The translations under genes and the position numbers were made by a program. The notes below the pieces were generated by a model that was not told where the DNA came from, made no database searches, and saw only the letters and a list, made by a program, of their open reading frames with translations. This document shows, in pieces, positions 29,951-40,142 of a stretch of DNA of 64,000 bases (its first letter is position 1; the number at the start of each line of letters is the position of its first letter). The stretch spans positions 1 through 64,000 of the IMG/VR virus record IMGVR_UViG_3300024999_000073; one strand, 5' to 3'. Source of the DNA: a virus.

Positions 29951-30235
29951 ATGGCGGAGAAATATAAGTATCATTGTACTCCAGTACCAGGAACGTTGTG
30001 CAAAGAAGAAGCACAATGGCTGGTTTGGTTCGAGAAATGTGGTAATTTATACACATACATGTGTACTCATCATGCAACGGAAGCGATGAAAAACGGTGTG
30101 GATGGCTACGCTGTGATTTGTGTTCGCTCTTTTGAAGATGCTGTGTGCCTGTGTATGCCTGACATTGAGAAGGCCATAGAAATATTCCTGAATTCAGTTG
30201 AGAGCGCCGTAGGATTTCAAAAGCATGGACGATAA
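29951..30235 (+). CDS. Cys/His-rich hypothetical protein
   Basis: 94 aa; RBS GAGG; overlaps methyltransferase start. Confidence 0.5.
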   Translation: MAEKYKYHCTPVPGTLCKEEAQWLVWFEKCGNLYTYMCTHHATEAMKNGVDGYAVICVRSFEDAVCLCMPDIEKAIEIFLNSVESAVGFQKHGR

Positions 30236-32846
30236 AATCTTGCAAGACTTTTTAGAGCAATTCAAAGCCGAGGATTGGTATGGCCTATATCATGGAGGCT
30301 GGAAGAACGAAGTAATACCGGCGTCTCAAAGCCATCCCGCGAAATTCAGCCGTCGCTTGATTCGTCGTATCTACGAACATGCCTTTGCGGAAGGCTGGTT
30401 GAAAAAAGGATTGCGAGTGCTGGATATTTTCGGAGGCGTCGCACTTGGAAGTTTGGACGCCATGCAGATGGGATTGAATTGGGTGGGCGTAGAGATAGAG
30501 CCGCGCTGGGTTGCATGTGGGATGGGCGGCCATTGCGACGGCCAACCCATCGTAGTTGAGGCCAAACCTGGGATTCGAGGTTGGTATGTGGTGTACAGAG
30601 ATGGCGAGAACGGAAACTTCAGCGAGTTCTACATCGGAGTAAACGGAGAACCCAGTCAAGACGAGCCGGATGGCGAGGGTTTCAAGTCACGCAAAATCGC
30701 GCTTGCATTTGCGCATGAACTTGACATGGACGGCCTGGAGCTACGCAAGGTCAGGGAGGGTCAGACTTTCGCCAAAGCCTCTTTATGTGGGAACAAAGAA
30801 AAGCACGAAGCGCACGAGATCAAAGGCAATATCCAGCTTTGGAACGATAAATATGCGGGAATGCCACATTGGGGAACTGCGGTCTTATTGAAAGGCGACT
30901 CTCGCAAGCTCAGGAAAGTATTGGCCGAGAATGGGCATCTAGGGAGCCAGGACATGAGCGCGAGTAGCCCTCCATTCCAGGAGACTAATGCCGATGGAGG
31001 CTGGCAAATGTTGGGAAAGTACGCCCGCCAGGGCCGCTTGACGGTAGACCAGGTGAAAGGTAAATCGGACAAATCCTACCCTTCTTGGGAAGAAAGCAGA
31101 GATACAGGCCCCGGAGACGCAGCCGAGAACCTGTCAAATTTTGACAACGGCGATTACCAGGCGATAGTTAGCTCACCCCCTTATGCTGAGACCGGATTGC
31201 GCAACATTGACGACAAGGCGGAGATAATCAATCAAGGACGTAGAGAGCGCGGGGAAGTGCAAGGTGGGACGGGCAGAAGCGGGGTGTTAGGGCAATCGCT
31301 GATACAGGGAGACGGGTATGGATTGGCGCCCGAAAATCTAGGCAATCTACAGCCCGATGGCTTCGATGCCTGTCTTGCGTCACCTCCATACGCCCAGGCC
31401 AGGATAGAAGGGCAAGGCGACGAGGGAGCGTCGGGGTTACGCAACGAAGACGGAAGTTTTGTACGTGGGTCTGAGGGCTGGCAGAAGCGAGTAGAACTTG
31501 GCGACCGCTACGGCGAAACCCCCGGCCAACTTGGAAGTCTAGAAGCTGAGCATTTTGATTTTGAGGTAGGGAGTCCGCCATTCATAGCGCAGGGTGGGGG
31601 TGGGAATGTTACATCCACAGGAGGCCCATTAGCAGATGCAAGTATGATAAAGCGACATGGGGCAGGAAATTCTGCATCGATGGCTTATGGGGAGGACTCA
31701 GCTAACCTGGCGGCGATGGATGGCGAGGGCTTTGATGATGCTGTGGAGAAATCTTGCGAACATTCGCAGGATAATGGGCAGCCGGATTTAGCCCTTAGCT
31801 CTCCACCCTATGTTTCCGGTGGGCATCACCCAGATCAAACCGGGGCTTGGGGAGGGCGACTCAACGTTATTGATGAGAGCGAGGCTAGTTACGGCAAACA
31901 GATCGGGCAAATGGGGCAAATGGATGTTAAGGACTTTGATTTAGCCGCAGCCAGTCCGCCATTTAGTGAGAGTTTGAGCGGGGATAGGGTGATACCTGAA
32001 ATAAGAGTAGCCAGAGCACGAGCAATGGGTCTTATAAGCGCGGCGGATGTATCCCCCATTGATTCAGAGAAATTTGGGGAACGTTCGCAAGAAATAGGCG
32101 GGGAGGCAGCCCAGCTTTCTCATATGGCAAATACCGAAGCAGATTTCGACCTCTCCGCGACTTCTCCTCCATACGCGGACTCGGTGAACTCTGAGAAATC
32201 GGGGATAGATTTCAGCAAAGGCCAGTTGGATTATCCGGGCCGGAAACTACACGAATCACGTATTACCATGCAAAAGCGGCACCACAACGACCGCAATTAT
32301 GGACAAGAGCCGGGCCAGCTTGGAGCTATGGAAGACAAAGCATTCGAGGGTTCGGTGTCAAGTCCTCCATTCGAGGCCAGCACCGGCGACCGTCCTAGTG
32401 CGAGCATACGCGCTACTTTCGATAGAGGCGAAACCGTGTTCGGGCCAGCGATGTTGAACGACAGCGGGTATGGTGCAGATAGTGGCAACATCGGTAATGA
32501 CAGCGGCATGGACTTCTGGTCGGCGTCCAAGCAGATACTCCAGGAGCTTTTTTCCGTACTTCGTCCTGGGGCAAAAGCCATCTTCGTTTTAAAGCGATAT
32601 ATCAAGGATTCCAAGATTGTTCAGTTCCCGGCGCAATGGGCCTATCTAGCTGCTACAGTTGGGTTTATACCCCTGCATTGGCACAAGTGCTGGATGATCG
32701 AAGACAGAGGCACACAATATGACCTATTCGGCGGCAAAATAGAGAAGATCACAGCCAGGTACTCATTCTTCCGCAGACTGCACGCCAAGAAATACCCGCA
32801 CCTGGAAATTCAATACGAAGATGTGATTTGTTTTCTTAGACCGTAG
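30225..32846 (+). CDS. Amino-DNA methyltransferase (N4C/N6A) with 8 tandem SPP(Y/F) modules
   Basis: HPAKF; VLDIFGG; GVEIE; GDSR; 8 x SPPY/F; ELFSVLRPG. Confidence 0.85.
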   Translation: MDDKILQDFLEQFKAEDWYGLYHGGWKNEVIPASQSHPAKFSRRLIRRIYEHAFAEGWLKKGLRVLDIFGGVALGSLDAMQMGLNWVGVEIEPRWVACGMGGHCDGQPIVVEAKPGIRGWYVVYRDGENGNFSEFYIGVNGEPSQDEPDGEGFKSRKIALAFAHELDMDGLELRKVREGQTFAKASLCGNKEKHEAHEIKGNIQLWNDKYAGMPHWGTAVLLKGDSRKLRKVLAENGHLGSQDMSASSPPFQETNADGGWQMLGKYARQGRLTVDQVKGKSDKSYPSWEESRDTGPGDAAENLSNFDNGDYQAIVSSPPYAETGLRNIDDKAEIINQGRRERGEVQGGTGRSGVLGQSLIQGDGYGLAPENLGNLQPDGFDACLASPPYAQARIEGQGDEGASGLRNEDGSFVRGSEGWQKRVELGDRYGETPGQLGSLEAEHFDFEVGSPPFIAQGGGGNVTSTGGPLADASMIKRHGAGNSASMAYGEDSANLAAMDGEGFDDAVEKSCEHSQDNGQPDLALSSPPYVSGGHHPDQTGAWGGRLNVIDESEASYGKQIGQMGQMDVKDFDLAAASPPFSESLSGDRVIPEIRVARARAMGLISAADVSPIDSEKFGERSQEIGGEAAQLSHMANTEADFDLSATSPPYADSVNSEKSGIDFSKGQLDYPGRKLHESRITMQKRHHNDRNYGQEPGQLGAMEDKAFEGSVSSPPFEASTGDRPSASIRATFDRGETVFGPAMLNDSGYGADSGNIGNDSGMDFWSASKQILQELFSVLRPGAKAIFVLKRYIKDSKIVQFPAQWAYLAATVGFIPLHWHKCWMIEDRGTQYDLFGGKIEKITARYSFFRRLHAKKYPHLEIQYEDVICFLRP

Positions 32847-32913
32847 GAGACAAAAATGGCGCATAAAATGAATATGCCTATTATCGAAATTGTATTAAGG
32901 GAGCGAAACCATA

Positions 32914-33159
32914 ATGAGATACAAACTGACTGATGAAATCCGACAGAGTATTGAACCAATTATGTGGGGGAAACGTGCGCTAAAGAACCTTGACGGAGAA
33001 TACATAGACCTATGTGTAGATTGTTACTTCGATGCTGGCTTTGACGATGAACACGGCGATCATCCCGATCTCATCACAGGCGAGGCTATCTACAATCCGC
33101 GCAATGACCATTGTGCGGTATGTGGGAAGCCGCTTTTTGAGATAGACAATAGTGACTAG
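32914..33159 (+). CDS. Small zinc-finger protein
   Basis: CVDC...CAVCG. Confidence 0.5.
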   Translation: MRYKLTDEIRQSIEPIMWGKRALKNLDGEYIDLCVDCYFDAGFDDEHGDHPDLITGEAIYNPRNDHCAVCGKPLFEIDNSD

Positions 33160-33187
33160 TCATAAAGGATATTGAAAGGGTATTGAA

Positions 33188-33454
33188 ATGACTGACAATA
33201 TAATGTTGATTGATATAATGGACGCTCATTACTATAGGAATACCGACCGATTCTGCCCAAGCTGTGGAGACAAGACAGTTATAGTCCTCCCAGAGATTCA
33301 GGAAGAAAATGCGGGCGATCAATATTTGTGCTATTCTTGTAGGTTTGGTGCTTTTGGTATTGGTTCTGATTATTCTGATTTAAATGATGGCGAAAAGGAA
33401 TCTATCATTGTTCAAGTGACAAAACGGCTTATAGAATTCGACAATAGCGACTAG
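33188..33454 (+). CDS. Small zinc-ribbon protein
   Basis: CPSCG...CYSC. Confidence 0.5.
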   Translation: MTDNIMLIDIMDAHYYRNTDRFCPSCGDKTVIVLPEIQEENAGDQYLCYSCRFGAFGIGSDYSDLNDGEKESIIVQVTKRLIEFDNSD

Positions 33455-33676
33455 GTGACAACAATGAAATGTATAATCGAACGTTATGGATATAAAACAA
33501 TGTGGGAATTTGGTGACAGGGAGAAGTTTGAAGAATATGAATTAGAACTTCCAACATCAGTTTTATTGATTGGAAACAAACTTAGACTTCCAGATAACCG
33601 AATAGTAGAGATTTTTGATACTCTATATGATGTCAATATAGCTACTCAAATCGTGCGTGTTTTTGCTACATTTTAA
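33455..33676 (+). CDS. Hypothetical protein
   Basis: 73-aa AT-rich ORF. Confidence 0.45.
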   Translation: MTTMKCIIERYGYKTMWEFGDREKFEEYELELPTSVLLIGNKLRLPDNRIVEIFDTLYDVNIATQIVRVFATF

Positions 33677-34423
33677 TATGGCAGGCACCGCGGGAAAACG
33701 AAGCGCGTTTGAAAAAACGGGTTTTAAGGGGTAAAATTGAGGCCTCGACAGAGAGGCAGAATTGCGGATTTAGAACCGGAGGCGAAGAATGAAAATCTCA
33801 CAGCAAAAGATAAACGTGTTCTCGCAGGGGGATAACGGCCTGGAAGAACTGACATCTATTTCAATGCCGTTGGAGAAAGCATCGTCAACGTTCTTAGAGC
33901 GAGTCCTGATAGAACATTTGCATAAAGGGGATCATGATTTTATAAGCGAAACATTCTCATCGAAAAGTCTTTCACTTAGCGAAGCTGAAATAATACGCCA
34001 TATCCTCAGAAATATTCCCCCAGTATCTTCTTATCAAACCCTGAACGAGCTTATGGGCGGTGATATTACCAATGAGGATGAACTCAGGATAGCAGCGATT
34101 GGGAAGATCAGCCAGGAATATCCTGGGGTAATTATCCGCGTAATTGACGTAAGCGAATTGGCTGGCGAGATGCGGGTGCGCTTTTTCAAGGATGGTTTTT
34201 ACCAGGAGGAAAAAATCTTCCTGGACTTTAACACTAGATTTGACCCCAAAAAGATCGAAAAACCAACGAAAATCAATAAATTTGATGGCCTTAAAGATGC
34301 CATTACTTCAAATAAGTAATGAAAGCGCGAATTGAAGATCAGGTTATAAACGATGTGATTTGAGGCTCAGAAAAATGATGTGAGCTAGAAAATTTCCAAA
34401 AATGTCATGTGGTTTCAATGTGA
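33677..34423 (+). repeat. Fixed-spacing bipartite unit 1
   Basis: CCGCGGGAAAA-N20-GGGTTTTAAGGGG at 33688; TCATGTGGTT at 34405 (+717). Confidence 0.85.
33789..34319 (+). CDS. Hypothetical protein (interior of unit 1)
   Basis: 176 aa; RBS GGAGG. Confidence 0.6.
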   Translation: MKISQQKINVFSQGDNGLEELTSISMPLEKASSTFLERVLIEHLHKGDHDFISETFSSKSLSLSEAEIIRHILRNIPPVSSYQTLNELMGGDITNEDELRIAAIGKISQEYPGVIIRVIDVSELAGEMRVRFFKDGFYQEEKIFLDFNTRFDPKKIEKPTKINKFDGLKDAITSNK

Positions 34424-34445
34424 TTTAGAAAGCGGAGGCAAAGCG

Positions 34446-35219
34446 ATGGAAGTCCAGGTAGGAAGTCCTAATATAGGCATAGCGTGGCCGAAACAAGACT
34501 ACGCCGTCTACCGGCTTAGCGACGCCGATATTGTCGCCGACGAAGACCAGGCGGTCTTGATAGCGTTGCGAGACTCGATGACCGCGTGTGCGTTTGGGAT
34601 AGGGGACATCGTCACCAAAACCGTGATTGCCAACGCTAGCAAGGGCTACCAGGTGACGTCAGACCGCATATTTAGAGCGATAGCCAGGTTTTGTGGGCGG
34701 TCGGCCAGGACAGTTCGCTACTATTTCGAGACCGCCAGTTTCTTTGGGCCGGAGACGCGGGAGGAATTCGGGATACTTAGTTTCTCTCATTTCGTCTTTG
34801 CCAGGTCTTGCGGCGACAAATGGCGCGAAGTATTGGAGTACGCGGCCATAAATCCAGGCGCGACCGTAGGCGAGCTTATAGTCTTGTTCCAAGACGAAGC
34901 CCCAGTAGATACAGAGGCAAATAACGAAATGCGTGAACGTTCGCAGATTTACACAGGGGAGGCGGAGGATCTGGGAGAAGCCGACGCCGAAGAAATGTGT
35001 GAACGTTCGCAGGATTACATAAGGCAGCATGAGGCATACGGGATGATCGTCGAGCTTGGGGAAGTGAAGGAGAGTTTGACGGCATTAGCCAGGATAGTAG
35101 GTGGAGTCGCAGACCGGGAATTGCAACACCGGGCAGAGCGAGCGATAAAAGAACTGGACAGAGTATTGGGGGAATTGGTCAGAATAGCTGAGCGGAAGAT
35201 GACCGTAGAAACAGGATAG
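34446..35219 (+). CDS. LmbU-like HTH DNA-binding protein
   Basis: FGIGD...GRSARTVRYY...F...R...LSFSHF...L..A...TVGEL; RBS GGAGG; contains two 14-bp palindromes. Confidence 0.55.
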   Translation: MEVQVGSPNIGIAWPKQDYAVYRLSDADIVADEDQAVLIALRDSMTACAFGIGDIVTKTVIANASKGYQVTSDRIFRAIARFCGRSARTVRYYFETASFFGPETREEFGILSFSHFVFARSCGDKWREVLEYAAINPGATVGELIVLFQDEAPVDTEANNEMRERSQIYTGEAEDLGEADAEEMCERSQDYIRQHEAYGMIVELGEVKESLTALARIVGGVADRELQHRAERAIKELDRVLGELVRIAERKMTVETG

Positions 35220-35264
35220 AACGTGGTATAATTTTCGAGCCTCTTATGATCCCCTCACGGGGAA

Positions 35265-35299
35265 ATAGTCGGACGTTCCGCACGTCCGACTATCGTTTT
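35265..35299 (+). terminator. Intrinsic terminator
   Basis: ATAGTCGGACG-N7-CGTCCGACTAT followed by CGTTTT. Confidence 0.6.
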
Positions 35300-35400
35300 A
35301 GGGGTATTTGAAGCCACTGGGAGAGATTGAGGCAACGATACAAAGGATACCGTGGTACATACATGTTAAATGAAGGAACCAAGCATCAAAACCCGCCTGG

Positions 35401-35426
35401 CTTAGCACATTTGTTCTAAGAATGGC
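35401..35426 (-). promoter_or_regulatory. SOS-box-like operator; inverted partner of 45351-45376
   Basis: Reverse complement GCCATTCTTAGAAC-AAAT-GTGCTAAG. Confidence 0.55.
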
Positions 35427-35439
35427 CTTCATAGAGACT

Positions 35440-35471
35440 AAAAAAGCCCGCGTGGTTAGCGCGGGCTTTTG
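35440..35471. terminator. Bidirectional terminator ending the leftward early operon
   Basis: AAAAAAGCCCGCG-N7-CGCGGGCTTTT. Confidence 0.85.
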
Positions 35472-35487
35472 GTCTTATTCAATTATT

Positions 35488-35922
35488 CTACCCCCAGCTT
35501 GCGTCTTCCCAATCTGGAAGAGCGTGTACTATCTTTGCACTCAAGTCGTTACAGAACTTGCCAAGTTCTTTGAACAACTTCGTCTTTGGAACGATGCCTT
35601 CTGCACACTGATACTGCAGGCATTCCGCAGACTTGAGGACTTTGATCAAAGAGTCGCATGGTGTGATGAGATATACGTAGTCTAGAGGGCGGAATTTCGG
35701 AGCTTCGCCGACTCCATAGCGCTGCTCGATGGCGGCGACGTTCATTGCAAACAGAGCCTTACCAAGCGCCTCGGCTTCTTTCTGGGTTTCGACGCCGAAA
35801 TGACCAGGGGAATGGCTATAGTAGGGCGTCATGTGCTGGCCCTTGCTAGACAGCAAGAATGCCAGGATACGATTGATAGTTACATCTTCGACTATAGAAG
35901 CACTCATTTTCGTTTTCTCCAT
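35488..35922 (-). CDS. Conserved-type phage early protein
   Basis: NVAAIEQRY...LKSAECLQYQCAE. Confidence 0.65.
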   Translation of the reverse strand: MEKTKMSASIVEDVTINRILAFLLSSKGQHMTPYYSHSPGHFGVETQKEAEALGKALFAMNVAAIEQRYGVGEAPKFRPLDYVYLITPCDSLIKVLKSAECLQYQCAEGIVPKTKLFKELGKFCNDLSAKIVHALPDWEDASWG

Positions 35923-36021
35923 TTCTCGATAACGGTTGCAACAGTCATCATGCCAATGATGATGAGCAGGGCCACGCCCTGCATTGTATTATTGAACATA
36001 GCTACGTTAACGTTATTCATG

Positions 36022-36303
36022 TCAATATTCTCCAGGTAAAAGCAGAGTTGTTGCACTATGGTCGGCCTCGGTGATGATCCACAACTTGCCATTGTGGGTG
36101 TCATAGGCGCTGAGAATGCGCAGAAAGCCGCACTCATAGGCGAGGTCATTCTCCATCTTGTCCATCGGAGTCATATCCCCCCAATCACAGGAGGCGTGAC
36201 GCTGGAGATAGTCCCCCAGCTCAACTCCCAGCGCGAAAGCGCCGGGAGTCGCAACGATCTGGCCTAGCTCGAAATTAGTGACGATAGTAGGTATAGTGTT
36301 CAT
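36022..36303 (-). CDS. Plasmid/phage-related small conserved protein
   Basis: LGQIVATPGA...RH...DWGD...LSAY...WIITEAD.S.TT.LLP.EY. Confidence 0.75.
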   Translation of the reverse strand: MNTIPTIVTNFELGQIVATPGAFALGVELGDYLQRHASCDWGDMTPMDKMENDLAYECGFLRILSAYDTHNGKLWIITEADHSATTLLLPGEY

Positions 36304-36307
36304 GGCA

Positions 36308-36904
36308 TTACTCCATCAACCGGGCCACAGCCACTTCTGCGTAGTCTTTCTTGAGATGCCAGGCCAGGTTTTCCTGTGCATCATCCATGAGACCGCTTTT
36401 CTGGTTATCGCTCCCGTAGTAACCCCAGCAGGAGTCCACAGACTCGCCGTTCTTATCCAGCAAGTCGTAACCGAACACATATCCGTTGACGTAATTCCCA
36501 TAGACCGCGACATCAGCCTCCAGGCAGCCGATGGCACGTCTGCGTGTTTTTGCGCTGATGATCTTGCAACTGTACTCCTTCAAGACTTCTTCGCGTTCCA
36601 CGAAAATCACACCGACTTGCCCGCTGTCCCACGGATCCCTAAAGCCTGTTGTATTCAGAGCAATGCCAGAATGCTCGTACATATACACAGGCAGCCATAT
36701 AGCGCCAGTGTCTTTGATATGCTCCATCACTTTATCTGCATTGCGAAAGTGGTGCTTATCCCCCAAGTCATAGCGGCTATGGAAACAGACCAGAGTACCC
36801 AGGTTATCCCACTCCTCGCGTGGGTTGACCGGATTATCGTCCGTGTACACCTTGAGAATGTAACCGGACCCCATTTCAATCGTTTCGACCAAATTCTCGT
36901 CCAT
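36308..36904 (-). CDS. Conserved-type phage early protein
   Basis: NPREEWDNLG; LPVYMYEHSG; WDSGQVG; SCWGYYG; AAGGAGTCT RBS. Confidence 0.75.
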   Translation of the reverse strand: MDENLVETIEMGSGYILKVYTDDNPVNPREEWDNLGTLVCFHSRYDLGDKHHFRNADKVMEHIKDTGAIWLPVYMYEHSGIALNTTGFRDPWDSGQVGVIFVEREEVLKEYSCKIISAKTRRRAIGCLEADVAVYGNYVNGYVFGYDLLDKNGESVDSCWGYYGSDNQKSGLMDDAQENLAWHLKKDYAEVAVARLME

Positions 36905-36940
36905 TTCAGACTCCTTATTATCTTGCGAATATTCACGGAT

Positions 36941-37144
36941 TTAGTGCTGGCAGGGCACTATGGGAAGCAGTCGACCAGGAAAATACTTGGAGACTGCATC
37001 TTGGACTTCAGATGTACGCTGGCTTGCTTTGACGCTCATCCACTTTAGGCCCTGCTCAGACCAGTCTTGAAGTTCGTAAAGAGGCATTTCTCCATGCTCT
37101 TTGTGTACGACGATGCGTGCTTTCCGTTCTGGTTTTGGGTTCAT
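36941..37144 (-). CDS. Hypothetical protein
   Basis: AAGGAGTCT RBS. Confidence 0.6.
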   Translation of the reverse strand: MNPKPERKARIVVHKEHGEMPLYELQDWSEQGLKWMSVKASQRTSEVQDAVSKYFPGRLLPIVPCQH

Positions 37145-37413
37145 AGAGACTCCTTTCTTTCAAACTCGTATTCAATGACCAAAATCGTATCTTTGCGTGG
37201 GTACATCATGGTGCTGCCGCCAAAGCTACACTCGTATGAGACGTAGAAATAACGGAATCGTGGAGTCGTATCATTACTTTCGTAAATGATACTTCCGACG
37301 ACATCCACGTTTCTGTCTGAGAATAGTTTCAGAAGCTCGTCATTTGTAGCCACATGGTCAAACTCATAAAGAGTCCAACCTGATGGGTTTCCCAACAACA
37401 CTCTGCTAAACAT
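37141..37413 (-). CDS. Hypothetical protein
   Basis: Start MFSR placed by the AAGGAGTCT RBS at 37415-23. Confidence 0.55.
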   Translation of the reverse strand: MFSRVLLGNPSGWTLYEFDHVATNDELLKLFSDRNVDVVGSIIYESNDTTPRFRYFYVSYECSFGGSTMMYPRKDTILVIEYEFERKESL

Positions 37414-37424
37414 AAGACTCCTTT

Positions 37425-38948
37425 CTACTTCCAACCTGAGAATGCGTGTTCGGCTATCATTCGAGAGAGTTGAGCGGTCAGCTCAGCCGGGTTAGTGATA
37501 CCGGAGTCGAAGGCGATAAAGGCATCAGCGAGAGACTGCATACGCTCATTGTTATAGCGCCCCAATTGCACGTACATAAGGCGCGCGCCTGACTCCTTCT
37601 TGGTTTTCTCGAAGGCATCCATAACCTGAGGCGACGGGTTACAGATACCATCACTAATCATCATAATGTCGATAGCCTTATCTCCATGTGACCATTCTTT
37701 GATCCTGGCAATGGCATGAGTGAGGACAGCGTCAAAGTTAGTGCCGCCGCCCCTGGAGTAACTCGCCCACTTGCAATGGGCTTTCCAGTCATCCTTGTCC
37801 GTAACGTGGTGATCGTCATCGACATCGGACTCAAAGGTATAGAGTTCATAACTCCTATCCTTCAAGTCTTCCATCGTAGCCTTAGCGACGCCCATGGCCA
37901 CGCCCTTAGCCGCAACCGCATTACTGCCCTGGCCCCATCCCATGCTACCGGAGTCGTCGACGTAAGCAGCGAAGTTACCGCCTATCACGCTTGACTCCAG
38001 GGGTTGCCAGCCTGGTAGACCGTCGCTCGCGAACCTCTGGATTCTCTTGGCGCGTACAGCCACGTGAACAGATGGGTGCATGAGCGCGATTTCGTGAGGA
38101 AAGATATGAGACACATCCTTTGTATTCTCCACCTTGGCGGCGGGTCCGAACTTACTGCGCTTGCAGTCCCGTATCGTCTGTTTTGCAATCCCCTTAGCGC
38201 GCCCTAACTGTAGAGCCAGCATAGAGAAATCGCTATCATTTGCCATCTCCAGAATTTCGGAGATGTCGTCAAGCTCTGTGGTAAGGCCGGGGTCGATCCC
38301 CCAGCCGCGCATAAACGCATTGACCTTATTTGCAGCTTGCCCTGCTTCATAAACAGCAGAGGCAACTACCTGGCCTTTGACCGGATCCTGCCTAATCTTC
38401 TCAATACCTTCGACAGCTTCCCTGGCGACTTCAGTGGCCATTTGACGGATTTGTTCGGCGTTCTCGAACTTCTGAGTAGCGGCATTACTCACCATTTCCT
38501 GACCGAGTTGATCCTCAGGCGCACTCTGTAGAGTCTCAGCGGCCTCCTGTTCCTCTTTCTTAGCGCGCTTTTCCAAGTCATCAGCCTGTCGCTGGCGATT
38601 TAGCGCATTCTGGATAGAGTCGTCGGTTCTCAGCGACTCCCAGAGCAGAGACGAAGCGGCTAAACTGGCCGGGATATTCCCTGCTGTGGACTGGACTGAC
38701 TCCTTGAAGTCCTTATCGCAAAGAGTCCAATCCATAATAGCCTGGTTGACCTTGCGTTCAGGAGGCGCGTCGTCGATAACCTGAGCGCCGGACTTATAGA
38801 GGCCCAGGAAAGAGTCGCTGAGAAGATCATGTTCGCCGTCGTTGGACGGTGCAGAGTCTACCGTAGTCTGGAGAACACGGGTGATAGCTTTCTCACCCGT
38901 GCTCACCCTGACCGTATTGATCTTAGCTTTGAGAGGTATTTTTTGCAT
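37425..38948 (-). CDS. vWA-domain protein (ViaA/CoxE-like MoxR partner)
   Basis: MIDAS VDDSGSM; GGTNF; ISDG; adjacent to AAA+ gene. Confidence 0.85.
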   Translation of the reverse strand: MQKIPLKAKINTVRVSTGEKAITRVLQTTVDSAPSNDGEHDLLSDSFLGLYKSGAQVIDDAPPERKVNQAIMDWTLCDKDFKESVQSTAGNIPASLAASSLLWESLRTDDSIQNALNRQRQADDLEKRAKKEEQEAAETLQSAPEDQLGQEMVSNAATQKFENAEQIRQMATEVAREAVEGIEKIRQDPVKGQVVASAVYEAGQAANKVNAFMRGWGIDPGLTTELDDISEILEMANDSDFSMLALQLGRAKGIAKQTIRDCKRSKFGPAAKVENTKDVSHIFPHEIALMHPSVHVAVRAKRIQRFASDGLPGWQPLESSVIGGNFAAYVDDSGSMGWGQGSNAVAAKGVAMGVAKATMEDLKDRSYELYTFESDVDDDHHVTDKDDWKAHCKWASYSRGGGTNFDAVLTHAIARIKEWSHGDKAIDIMMISDGICNPSPQVMDAFEKTKKESGARLMYVQLGRYNNERMQSLADAFIAFDSGITNPAELTAQLSRMIAEHAFSGWK

Positions 38949-38957
38949 GGCAACCTC

Positions 38958-40130
38958 CTAGAACGGCGGCGGCTCGTCATCGTGTTGAGGCTGAGGGCCG
39001 CGCACGAACTCAGACAGAGACCGCAAAAGCGCGTTATGAGCTTCGAGATAACGCTCATCTTTATCATCGCCGCCGACCAAAGCCAGGATATTAGGAACTT
39101 CTTGGTTCAAGACCTTACCAAGCTCAATCGAAGCCAGGCGGCGGTCAGTTATAGAGGCGGCCAGTTGTTTCATCTTAGCGTAAGCATACTTCATTGCAGT
39201 CTCGATAGCAGCGGTAACGGGGTCGAGCAGAGAAGCGCCGACCAACTCCGCCCAATCGCGAGCTTCTTCCGGAGTCTTTGTGGCCCAGGCGTATTTAATC
39301 ATATCCATGGCTTCAGGACTGACCCGATTGAAGTCCTCGGCGTCCTGATAGAACGCAGACAGTCTATAGAGCATCCAGTTCCAGATCGTCATACGGCGAG
39401 GGTTAGGATGTCCAAAAGCGCGGACAATCTTACCGTCAGAACCCTTGAGTCCCTCGCAGGCGGTGTTAGCTATGTCTCTACCAGCCTCCGAGACGCATTT
39501 TACGGCATTAGGTCCCGGATTGAAGTGGCGCACCCTATAAATCACGGCGGCGTCTGGAACTCCATCGACGACCATTTCAGAGTTCATGGCAGCGAGGGCG
39601 TTTACGCCTACTGCGATAGGATCGAGTTTGACGTCAGGAACGTGGTAGTAGAGACCGATACGATCCAGCAGCGCCTCAGTTCTTGCGCTATCGGGTAAAG
39701 AGTTGGCTGTGCATATAGTCGAGGGAACATCTTGAAGTGGTATATCGAGTCTATCCATAACATCCATGAGAATGTCATAGACAGCATCAGAAGGGCGACC
39801 GAATTCATCTGCGATATAAGCGCCAATGCTCTTTTGATATGGAGTACCGGCGACGATCATATTCCACTCACTCTTAGTCGTGAAAGCTGGCACATCCAGA
39901 TAGCCCGTCATTTTTTCTGTGGGCGTAGTTGGGTTGAACCTGGTCATGACATAATTGTCGCCGAAGGCAGCTTTAGTGACTGCTCTTGCCATGCGAGTTT
40001 TACCCAGGCCAGGTCCACCAACCATGACGACATGCACGCCAGCCAAGAAACCGGCGATGCAGACCTGTTTCATTTCCTCGGCATATGCGCCGACGAAATG
40101 ACCGAAACCGTTATTACTTGGTGTGTTCAT
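38958..40130 (-). CDS. MoxR-family (RavA-like) AAA+ ATPase
   Basis: GGPGLGKT; IADEFGR; TANSLP; EALLDR. Confidence 0.85.
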   Translation of the reverse strand: MNTPSNNGFGHFVGAYAEEMKQVCIAGFLAGVHVVMVGGPGLGKTRMARAVTKAAFGDNYVMTRFNPTTPTEKMTGYLDVPAFTTKSEWNMIVAGTPYQKSIGAYIADEFGRPSDAVYDILMDVMDRLDIPLQDVPSTICTANSLPDSARTEALLDRIGLYYHVPDVKLDPIAVGVNALAAMNSEMVVDGVPDAAVIYRVRHFNPGPNAVKCVSEAGRDIANTACEGLKGSDGKIVRAFGHPNPRRMTIWNWMLYRLSAFYQDAEDFNRVSPEAMDMIKYAWATKTPEEARDWAELVGASLLDPVTAAIETAMKYAYAKMKQLAASITDRRLASIELGKVLNQEVPNILALVGGDDKDERYLEAHNALLRSLSEFVRGPQPQHDDEPPPF

Positions 40131-40142
40131 TGATAGACTCCT

